From the IMG/VR virus record IMGVR_UViG_3300025138_000017: a stretch of 20,000 nucleotides of DNA, one strand, 5' to 3'. Below, piece after piece: positions 1 through 10,700 of the stretch. Under the pieces are notes generated by a model that was not told where the DNA came from, ran no database searches, and saw only the letters and a list, made by a program, of their open reading frames with translations. Positions within the stretch are counted from its first letter, which is position 1; each line of letters opens with the position of its first letter. This DNA is from an uncultured virus (IMG/VR IMGVR_UViG_3300025138_000017) (lineage: Duplodnaviria > Heunggongvirae > Uroviricota > Caudoviricetes). Position numbers and translations under genes: made by a program.

Positions 1-354
1 TCCAATATATGCTCCCAAGGTATCGTCGAGCCATTGAGATTTCTCAATATATTTTTTAATCCAATCTTTTTCTTCGGAAGAAAATCTTTCTCCTTCCATT
101 TGTAGAGTTCTTTTTAATGTGGGTTCATTTAGATCATATCCATAACTGTCTGGTGGAAACCCATCATGTGTTTCTGCTGGTGTGCTCTTAACGCACTCTA
201 ATGAAGCAGCATACTCAGCTCTATCTTCTTTTTTAAATTTACCTTTTGTTTTCCAATTTGGTAAATTTACATCTGGTGGATTTGCTGATACCCAATCGCT
301 ATATTCATTTAAGACGGTCAAAAGATCCGTAGGTAGTGTCAAAAGTTGTCTCAT
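1..354 (-). CDS. Hypothetical phage protein, 3'-truncated by the window edge (not in the ORF track)
   Basis: ATG at 354-352 directly after an in-frame TAA-TCA, with a GGGAGG SD ~13 nt upstream. Frame is open for 118 codons to base 1 (MRQLLTLPTDLLTVLNEYSDWVSANPP...THDGFPPDSYGYDL...WLDDTLGAYIG). Overlaps the glycosyltransferase 3' end by 50 nt. Confidence 0.8.
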   Translation of the reverse strand, partial: MRQLLTLPTDLLTVLNEYSDWVSANPPDVNLPNWKTKGKFKKEDRAEYAASLECVKSTPAETHDGFPPDSYGYDLNEPTLKRTLQMEGERFSSEEKDWIKKYIEKSQWLDDTLGAYIG

Positions 355-1147
355 TGATTATAAAAGCCTCCCGCTTATGTACTTGCTTGGAATCTATAGT
401 GTAGTGCAAAAATGCTTTTTTAGATCCAGGCCTCAATTCAGTTTCACGATACCCTGTAACAAAATTATATTTTGCATCATTAGGCATCCTTTTTATATTT
501 ATCTGCATATCTGGATTTTCATATAATGCTCTCCAGAATGCAAATGTATCCCAATACGTTAGCCCTTTAGGAAACGGTTTGGTGTTCTTTTCAACTGTAT
601 GTCTTTTATACCAATACAGCCATTGCTCCCATAGTTTTTGTGTTCGCTCATTCTTACGCCAGACAAACATTCCACAATGCCATCTAAACTTATGAGCCTT
701 TCCTTGTTTGTATAACTCAACATGATCAGGATTATAGTGTTCTAACTCTTCTCCAGGTATACCGGGTCCTACTTGATCGTCGTGTGTAAAGTAAACGACT
801 TTAGCATTGTAAGGTCTATTCTCTGACATGACAACATCTGCATCACCTAATAAATCAAAAACTTCTTCTATTTCATTGCTTAGTACAAATCCATCTACAT
901 CCAAATAACATGTAACGTCAAATGGTGTCAATGGTAATGCCCATAACTTTGTTCTACAATGTACTGGTACTGGTGTTATAAGATGATCAAACAAATGTCT
1001 ATCTTCATCTCTTACCCACTCTTCATGAGTAAACACTGCTACCTTTGCATCAGGTACCTCATCTTTCAATGATTGAACGCACATAACCATTGCTTCATAG
1101 AATGGTTTTGATAATGTAGCTACTAAAAGATAACCTCTAGTTTCCAT
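305..1147 (-). CDS. Putative GT-A fold glycosyltransferase (GT8-like / nucleotide-diphospho-sugar transferase)
   Basis: N-terminal GYLLVAT strand, SLK...VAVFT, TKLWALPLTPFDVTCYLDVD (DxD motif) followed by IEEVFDLL, and HCGMF (NxG-like) later; start overlaps the upstream gene by 11 nt. Confidence 0.75.
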   Translation of the reverse strand: METRGYLLVATLSKPFYEAMVMCVQSLKDEVPDAKVAVFTHEEWVRDEDRHLFDHLITPVPVHCRTKLWALPLTPFDVTCYLDVDGFVLSNEIEEVFDLLGDADVVMSENRPYNAKVVYFTHDDQVGPGIPGEELEHYNPDHVELYKQGKAHKFRWHCGMFVWRKNERTQKLWEQWLYWYKRHTVEKNTKPFPKGLTYWDTFAFWRALYENPDMQINIKRMPNDAKYNFVTGYRETELRPGSKKAFLHYTIDSKQVHKREAFIINETTFDTTYGSFDRLK

Positions 1148-1670
1148 CCTTTTCAGCTTCCTTAATTAAAATAGCAGATCCAAATGCTCTTGCCTCTTCG
1201 GCCGTTAATGCTGATCTAAGTTTTCTTTTTAAATTTTTATGTTCTGTATTTTTAACAGTAGGTATATCAAGAAACATAGATTTAACATTCCATAAGTCTG
1301 CTCGAGACTTTTCTCTTTCTTCTGCCTTCTTCATTTCTTCTGATGATTTTGACAAAGCTGACTGTATTGCTGCTTGTCTTTTAGTATTATGTCTAACTTC
1401 ATCTTCACTAAATTGTCTTTTTATATCTCTATACAATGGATGGTTTTGATCTTTAGGAATTCCTTTTTCTTGAGTAGCCATTCCATCTGGTCTTAATAAC
1501 ACACATGATAATTCTGTCCGAGCATTATTTGTATAATGTGGATTTACAATTACCGGTAATGTAGGATCCAGATGTAACTCTGGAATTGGAAGAGTTCTTA
1601 GTTCTTCTTTCTTGGGGGTTTCGACTGTGACTCCTTCTGGAATCTTAGCCATTTTAGGTTCTTCTGCCAT
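1137..1670 (-). CDS. Hypothetical protein, 177 aa (possible fibre assembly chaperone)
   Basis: ATG with GAGGA SD (1677-1681) and an upstream TATAAATA; charged helical C-half; NPHYTNNARTELSCVL loosely recalls tail-fibre-assembly N-terminal motifs (weak). Confidence 0.8.
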   Translation of the reverse strand: MAEEPKMAKIPEGVTVETPKKEELRTLPIPELHLDPTLPVIVNPHYTNNARTELSCVLLRPDGMATQEKGIPKDQNHPLYRDIKRQFSEDEVRHNTKRQAAIQSALSKSSEEMKKAEEREKSRADLWNVKSMFLDIPTVKNTEHKNLKRKLRSALTAEEARAFGSAILIKEAEKDGN

Positions 1671-1706
1671 AATGTATCCTCAATGTGGTCTAATTATATA
1701 CTATTC

Positions 1707-1714
1707 TATTTATA
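1707..1714 (-). promoter_or_regulatory. T4-type late promoter (TATAAATA)
   Basis: Exact gp55 consensus on the minus strand in the only sizeable intergenic gap (1671-1724), 37 nt upstream of the 177-aa gene. Confidence 0.7.
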
Positions 1715-1724
1715 AGGTCAACAG

Positions 1725-4700
1725 TTAAGCTGTTCTAACCCATAGTTTTAATGTTGTTATTGTTTCTGTACCAGCCTGTACTGTTTGTCCAGCATATGCA
1801 TGAGTATAGGTTCCTTCGTATTGGGCTACAAAGTTAGTTGTAAATGAACCCTCATATGCTTTTTCATATTGTTTAGTGTATTGGCCAATGTATGCTTTTT
1901 CGTATTGTGTTGTAAATGATCCCTCAAATAATTGCGTATAGGTCTTAACATAGTTACCTGTAAACTGCTGATCAAATTGACCAGAGTATGATTTTTCATA
2001 CAAGCCAACATATGCTTTTTCAAATTGTTGAGTAAACTGACCTGTAAATGTTCCTTCGTAATCTTTAGAATATATTTTTAACCAAGTACCAACATATGAT
2101 CTTTGGAATTCGCCTTCATATTGTTTAGTATATTGACCAAGATATTCGCCAGAGTATTGGCCAAGGAATGATCCAACCCAAGCCTTTTCAAACTGTCCTA
2201 CATATATGCCTTCATATTGTTTGTTAAATGATCCTTCAAACTGTTTACTAAATTGTTTTGCATATTGTTTAGTATATTGTCCTGTGTACTGTCCTAAGTA
2301 TGACTTGACGTATGAACCAGTAAACTCACCTTCATATGTTTTAGTATATTGTCCAACATATGATGCACCAAATTGGCCTTCAAAAGTTCCTGTATACTGT
2401 CCAATATATGTACCTTGATATATTCCCTGGTATGCATGTGCACCTTCATATATTCCTGTCCAGTATCCTATGTATACTCCTTCATATGTTTTTTCATACT
2501 GTCTTGTAAACTGGCCAGTGTATTGGCCATCATATTGTCCACTAAATGTTCTGTCACCTGTCCATTGCTTGGCATATGCTTTCTGATAGTTTGCACTTAC
2601 ATATGTTGTGTTGAAGACTCCTTCCCACTGATGAGCATATTGCCCCTCGTATGATCTGTCTCCTTCAAATTGACCTGCATATTGTTTTACATATTCAACT
2701 ACAAATACCTTTTGATAATTAGCTGAGTATTGTCCTGTATATGTTCTTGATCCAGAGTATGCTTTGGTATAGGTTTTATTAAATACTCCAGTGTATTGAG
2801 TGCCATACTGACCTGTATATGTTCTGTCGCCTTCATATTGTTTAGCAAATTGGCCTTCCCAGTTTCTAGCAAACGAACCTTCATATGTTTGACCATATTC
2901 TTTTTGATAGTTCTTAGTATAAGCTCTAGCGTATTGGCCTACAAACTGCGTATTGAATACTCCAACATATATTCCTTCGTATAATGTTAAGTATGTTTTG
3001 CCATATTGTCCAACAAATGATTTTAAGTAATCAGTTGTAAATGATCCTTGATATGATTTAGTATAGTTAGTATCAAATGAACCTTCATATAATGCTAAGT
3101 ATTGTTTATTGAATTGGCCTTCGTATGCTTTAACGAACAATCCAGTATATGTTTTAACATATGATGTTTCAAATACACCTTCATATGCTTTTTCATAATT
3201 AGTTGCAAACTGCCCTTCATAAGTTTTTTCGTAATTAGTTCCAAACTGGCCTGTGTATGTTGTGTCATAGTTTGTAGCAAATTGACCTTCATACAGTTTA
3301 GCATATTGTACTCCAAACGCACCCTCATATTGAGTAGTATATTGGCCTTCATATGCTTTAGCATATGTAGTATTGAAGTCTCCTTCGTATTGAGCTACAT
3401 AATCTTTAGCATAGTTTGTACTAAATATTCCTTCATACAATTTAGCATATTGTGTAGAAAACTGTCCTTCATATGCTTTAGCATATTGTTGTGTATAGTT
3501 AGTTGTGTATGTTCCTTCAAACACACCACCGTATATGTTTGTATATTGACCAATGTATGCTTTTGCATATTGCTCACTAAATTGTCCTAAGAATGCTTTA
3601 GAGTATGATCCAGTATATGCTTTTGCATATTGCTCAATATAATCTTTAGAGTAGTTGTCTGTAAATGCACCAGTAAACTGACTAGCATATTGTCCAAGAT
3701 ATGCTTGAGCATAGTTGACTGATTCCCCACCTGTAAACTCTCTTGCATAAGAACCTGTATATGTTTTCTGGTATTGGTTAACATAGTTCTTAGCATAGTT
3801 ATCTGTAAACTGTCCTTCGTATACATCTGTATATTGGCCTACATAATTCTTAGTATAATTGGTAGTATATGTTCCTTCAAACACTCCACCGTATATGTTA
3901 GTGTATTGACCAACATAGTTCTTAGCATATTGTGTTTGATATATTCCTACAAATGCTTTGGTGTAAGTTCCTGTATAATCTTTTTGGTAATTAGTAGAAT
4001 ATATTTTTGTATAGTTATCTGTATACTGGCCAGTGTACTGTCTGTCATAGTTTCCAGCATAAGTTTTAACATATTCAGTTACATAATCTTTAGCATAGTT
4101 ATCAGCAAATTGTCCTGTAAACTGTCTATCATAATTACCCTCATATTGCTTAGCATATTGAGCAATATAATCTTTAGCATAGTTGTCTGTAAATTGACCT
4201 TCATATGCTTTATCAAAATTCTTTATATATGATTTAGCATACTGTGTGGTATAGGTTCCTTCGAAGACACCACCATATATGTTCGTATATTGACCAACAT
4301 AATTCTTAGCATAATTTTCTGTAAACGCACCTTCGTATTGAGAAACAAATACACCCTCATATGTTTTAGTGTATTGTGTTGTGTATGCTCTTTCATATGA
4401 AGCTGCAAACAATCCTACATACTGACCTTCAAATTGTCCTTCATAGTTAGTAGCATATTGTCTTTCCCAGTTTTTAGTATAGTTGGTCGTAAACAATCCT
4501 GTGTATTGGTCTGTAAATTGACCTACGAATGCTTTTGTATAGTTTCCAGTATATGCTCTATCATAGTTGCCCGTATAGTCTCTAGTATAATTGGTTGTAT
4601 ATTGAGCATCAAATGATCCAGTAAATTGACTTGCATATTGTCCAACATAATTTTTGGTATAGTTAGTTGCATATGATCCAGCAAACACGCCACCGTATAT

Positions 4701-7700
4701 GTTTGTATATTGACCAACATAGTTCTTAGTATAGTTTGTTACATAATCTCTAGAATAATTGGTTGTGTATACTCCAACATATGCTTTTGTCCACTGACCT
4801 GAATATGCTTTTTGGAAGTTCTTATTATAGTTACCAGTAAACTGTCCGGCAAACCCTCTTGAGTATTGACCGATCCATTGTTGAGCATAGTTGGTTACAA
4901 ACGTACCCGCAAACACGCCTTCATATATATTTGTATATTGACCTACATATGCTTTCTGATAAGCAGTAGAGTAAGTTCCGTCAAACGAACCACCATATAT
5001 GTTTGTGTATTGGCCTACGTATGCTCTTTGATATGCTGTGTTATATGTTCCTGAAAATGCACCTTCATAGATATTCGTATATTGACCAACATAGTTTTTA
5101 GTATAATTGGTTGCATACTGGCCAGTAAAGGTTTTAGTATATTGACCAGTGTATTGTTTTAAATAGTTAGTAGCATATTGACCAGTATATGTTTTAGTAT
5201 ATTGTCCTGTATATGTCTTAGTATAATTTACATCATAGTTTTTAGTATAATTGGTTGCATACTGACCAGCAAACGCTTTTGTATATTGACCTGTGTACTG
5301 TTTTAAATAGTTTCTAGTATATGTTCCACTAAACTGTGTATTGTAAGTTCCAGAATATGCTCTATCATAGTTTCCAGCATAAGTCTTAGTGTAATTACCA
5401 GTATATGATTTTGTGTATTGACCAGTATATTGTCTTAAAAAGTTGGTAGCATACTGACCAGAATATCCTTTAGTATAATTACCAGTATAAGAACCTGTAT
5501 ACTGTCCAGTGTATGCTCCAGTATATTGACCTGCATATGCTCTTTGATAGCTAGTGTCATATTGTTTTAAATAGTTTTTATTATATGAACCACTAAACTG
5601 CTTAGTATATTGACCAGTATATTGTTTTAAATAATTGGTTCCATACTGGCCAGCAAATTGTCTATTATATGTACCACTAAACTGTTTGTTATAGTTACCT
5701 GCATATGCTCTAGTGTAGTTAGTTGCATATGTTCCACTATATTGTGTAGCGTATGTTCCTGTGTACTGTCCAGAATAAGCTGTTGAGAAATATCCTGTAT
5801 ATTGTTTAGTATAGTTGCCTGTAAATTGTCCTGTGTACTGTCCAGTAAATCCTCTAGTATATTGTCCTGTATACTGTCTTAAATAGTTAGTACTATAGGA
5901 CCCTGTATATGTTGTACTAAAGTATCCTGTATACTGACCTGAATATGTTGCAGTAGTTTGAGAGAAACAACCTTCGTATTCTTCAAAGTCATCATCACCA
6001 GTATCAATAAAGATTCTACAATATGTACCACCACTACTGAATTGTTGAGATACTGACCCTACAAATGTTCTAGTATAGTTAGTTGTTTTTACATAGTTTA
6101 AAAATTGGCTCCCAAATTTACTAGAGACAACCCTGTTGTAAGTTACATTACCAGCAAACTGTCTAGTATAATTTACATTTGCAGTACCAGTAAATTGTTG
6201 AACTGCCCCAACATAGTTTCCTGTATATTGAGTAGATCTGGTTACTCTTACATAGTTTCCTGAATAAGCTCTTGTATAGTTGGTTCCATATGATCCACTA
6301 TATTGTGAATTATATGTTCCGGAAAATTGACTACTATATGTTCCAGCAAATTGTTTTGAGTAGTTTGTAGTTCTAGTTACCCTAGAATAACTTCCTGTCC
6401 ATTGTCTTGAGAAGTTTCCTGTATACTGTCCTGTGTATTGTCTTGTATAGTTAGTGCTGTAATATCCAGTATATGTCTTAGTATAGTTTCCTGAATATGC
6501 TTTTGTATAGTTACCTGTATACTGTCTTAAAAAGTTAGTACCATATGTTCCACTATACTGTGCTGAGTATTGACCTGTGTACGATCTAGTAAAGTTAGTT
6601 CCATATTGTCTTGTATAGTTGGTAGCATAGTATCCTGTATACTGTCCAGAATAGGTTCCACTATACTGTCCTGAATATGCACCAGAGTATGCTCTGTCAT
6701 AATTTCCTGTATAATGTTTAGTATAGTTAGTTCCATATGTTCCAGCAAATTGACTGGTGTACGTGCCACTATATGCTCTATCATAGTTTCCAGTATATCT
6801 TTTAGTATAGTTACCTGTATATGATTTAGTATATTGACCTGTGTATGCTTTTTGGAAGTTAGTACCATACGTTCCACTATATTGAGAACTATAGTTACCT
6901 GTGTACTGTCTTTGATACTGAGCCGTATAAGTTTTTAAATAGTTTTTATTATAGTCACCAGAGTATGCTCTGTTATAGTTTCCCGTATAATGTTTAGTAT
7001 AGTTAGTTCCATATGTTCCAGAATATTGTTTATTGTAGTTACCTGTATACTGTCTAGTATAGTTAGTAGCAAATGACCCTTCCCATATTCTATCATACTG
7101 TCCTATATAAGAACCAACATATGCTTTAGTATAGTTTCTAGCAAATGATCCTTCCCATATTCTATCGTATTGTCCTACATAAGATCCAACATATGCTTTA
7201 GTATAGTTTCTAGTAAATGATCCTTCCCATATTCTATCGTATTGTCCTATGTACTGACCAACATATGCTTTCTGATATTGAGCTGCGTATGGTCCTAAGA
7301 ATGTTCCTGTGTATACTCCAGTCCATTGCGTCTGGAATAATTTAGTATAGTTGGTATTATATACGCCAGTGTAGGTGGTGTTATAGGAACCTTCATATGC
7401 TTTCTGATATTGTTTAACATAATTCTTAGCATAGTTTGTAGCAAATGAACCTTCCCAGATTCTATCATATTGTCCTACATATTGGCCAACATAGTTTTTA
7501 GTGTAATTCTTTGCAAACGTTCCTTCGAATGCTCCTGTGTATTGTCCTAGCCAAACTTTAGCATATTGCTTTGCATATGCTTTTTGATATACGCCTGTAT
7601 ATGTTTTGGTGTATACGCCTGTAAATATTGTAGAGTATACTCCTTCCCATATCTTGGTGTACTGGCCTTCATACTGTGCAGCCCATTGTACAAGATATGC

Positions 7701-10700
7701 TTTTTGATATTGTTTTGTATATACTCCAGTCCATTGTTTTGCATATGAACCTTCCCACTGTTGTGCGTATGCTGCAACATATTGTTTAGCATATTGTTTT
7801 GAATACTGACCGACATAAGCCTTTTCATATTGTCCAAGGTAAACTTTATCATATTGGGTAACAAATGTTCCTTCCCATATTCTATCATATTGGCCTACGT
7901 ATTGGCCAACATATGCTTTCTCGTATTGTTTTGAATAAGCCTTTTCATATGTTTTTACATATTGTCCGGTCCACTGTTGTTGATATTGAGCAACATAGTT
8001 TTTAGCATAGTTGGTTGTATACTGTCCTGTGAATCTTCCTTCGTATTGTCCAGCCCATTGTTGTAGGTATTGGGCAACATAGTTTTTAGCATATGCAGTT
8101 TGGAATTCACCTGCATATCTTTTTTCGTATATTCCTGTCCACTGTTGCTGGTATTGTGCTGCATAGTCTTTTTGATACTGACGAAGATAAACACCAACAT
8201 AGTCTGTCTCATAAGATCCTTCATAATCTTTGGTGTATTGAGTAACAAACGTACCTTCCCATATTCTATCGTATTGTCCTATGTACTGACCAACATATGC
8301 TTTTTCGTATTGTTTAGCAAATGTTCCTTCCCATTGCTTAGTGTACTGACCTGCCCATTGTTGTTCGTATTGGGTTACATAATCTTTAGCATAGTTAGTA
8401 TTATAGTCGCCATCAAATGCTCTTTCGTATGCACCAGCATATGCCTTTTGATATTGTGTTACAAACTGGCCTTCAAATGCTCCTGTGTATTGTCCTACCC
8501 ATTGTTGCTGATATTGCTTAACATAATTCTTAGCATAGTTGGTTTCATAGTCGCCAAGATATGCTTTAGAGTATGAGCCTTCGTATTGTTTATCGTATTG
8601 AGTAACAAACGTACCTTCCCATATTCTATCGTATTGTCCTACCCATTGACCAACATAAGCCTTTTCATATTGCTTACTATATTGTTTTACATATTGACCA
8701 ATGTAATCTTTTGTATATTGAGCTACGTATTGACCAACATATTCTTTTGTATATTGTGCAACATAGTTCTTAGCATATTGTCCTGTGTATGCTTTTATAT
8801 AATTTGTAGTATACTGACCACCATATTGACCAGCATAGAGACCTACATATGCTTGGCCCCAGTTTTGTTCATATAATCCTGTGTATTGATTAATCCACGT
8901 CTTACCGTATACGCCTGTATACTGTTGAAGATAATTACGTGCGTAGATTCCTGCATACTGTTTTAAGTATTGTGTTGCGTATTGGCCAACGTATTGTTTA
9001 GCATAACCTTTGTTCCAATTACTTAAATAATTCTTTTCATAGGATCCAACATATGCTTTCTCCCATATTCTATCATATTGGCCAACATATGTCTTTGTGT
9101 ATTGAGCTTCGTATATTCCAACATAATCTTTTGTGTATGTTTTTATATACTGGCCTATGAAATCCTTTTCGTAGTTCTTAATATAAGAACCTACATAAGC
9201 TCCTTCAAATGTTTTTTGATATGCTCCAACATAATCTTTATTATATGATGTAACATAATCTTTTATATAACCAGCAGTATAGTTACCAACATAATTAGCT
9301 TCTAAGAAATATCCTGAGAATAATTCTGAAGCACTATCATATTGTCCAGTGAATGTTCTATCACCTTCGTATTGTTTTGTATACTGACCTGTATATGCTT
9401 TTAAGTATCCTTGAGTATAGAAACCATTATATTCTCTATCACCCTCGTATGCTTTTGTAAATTGCTTTTGATAGTTTGTACCAAGATACCCTTTACTAAA
9501 GTTTTGAGTAAATTGGCCAGTGTATGTTCTTGTTCCAGTATATTGTTTTGTGTATTGACCTGTGTATGATGCTGTCCAATTACCAATATATATTTTTTGG
9601 TATTGATCTGCATACTGTCCTGTATATGTTCTACTACCAGCGTATGTGCCTTCGTATGAGCCCGTATACTGCTTTGCATATTGCTCAACATACTGTCCCG
9701 TATAGTTAGCTGCGAAAATGCCTTCAAACTGTTTTACGCCGGTGTAATACCCTGTGTATTGTCCATCGAACGAGCCTTCAAATTGTTTAGAGTATGCTCC
9801 AGTCCATTGTTGGCCAAATGATCCTTCATATTGTTTACTATACTGTCCTGTGTAAATTCCTGTATAAGTTGTATTAAAAGATCCTTCAAATACACCTTCG
9901 TATATTTTACTGAATGTTCCTTCAAATTGGCCTTCGTATTGCCCCAGGTATGCACCCATGTACTGTCCAGCAAACGCTCCGGAATATTGGGAAATAAAGA
10001 ATCCATCAAACGAGCCTTCATATTGCTTAGTAAATGAGCCTTCGTATTGTTTGCTGTACAGACCAGTATAAGACTTAAGATATATTTTATCATATTGGCC
10101 AACATACTGTTTAACATATACGCCTGTATATGTTCCTTCAAAAGAACCTTCGTATTGGGTTAAGAATGTTCCTTCGTATTGTTTTGTGTAGTTTCCAGAA
10201 AATGAACCTTCATACAATCCGGTATATGTTTTATTAAAGTTTCCTTCATATTGTCCAATATATTCTTTTGTATATTGGGAAACAAAGACACCCTCATATT
10301 GTTTTTCGTAATGGTGTGTGTATATACCGACATATTGCTTTGCATATTGAGATGCATATTGGCCAACATAGTTTGTATTGTATCCTATATCAGCTAAAGT
10401 GTTTCTATTATCAACAAATGATCCACCTACTTGTACCCAGGTCTCACCTGAAGCTGCAGGGTTAGTCGCTGATAATTTATATTGTCCTATACCAGTAGCA
10501 TATATTTGATTTCTCAATCTCATTGCTAATAGTTTTATCTCTGCATCGGACATCTCTTTAATTGCAGAGTTTTGAATTTTTGCTGTTCTAACAACAGAAG
10601 GTGCAGAAACACCTTGGGTCTTACGCCATAAGGTATATGTAGTCGTACCACCTAAAGTGGTATCGGTCATTGTGGATCCAGTACTTGTATAAAGGCTATT

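Noticed and set aside
294..308. ATGA-coupled start at 308 for the gene after the glycosyltransferase
   Set aside because: That frame stops after 13 codons; the long frame starts at 354.
182..526. 114-aa plus-strand ORF
   Set aside because: Overlaps two better-supported minus-strand genes on the opposite strand.
1794..10382. CRISPR array, DNA inverted repeat or DGR template/variable repeat
   Set aside because: No constant repeats with unique spacers; variation is largely synonymous and in frame; the mirror symmetry is between different peptide motifs, not reverse-complement DNA; no cas or reverse transcriptase gene in the window.
1826..10465. Many short alternative-frame and antisense ORFs within the giant gene
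   Set aside because: Shadows of the 12-nt periodic codon pattern (HM/NM/NI or C/I/L-rich), with no independent signals.
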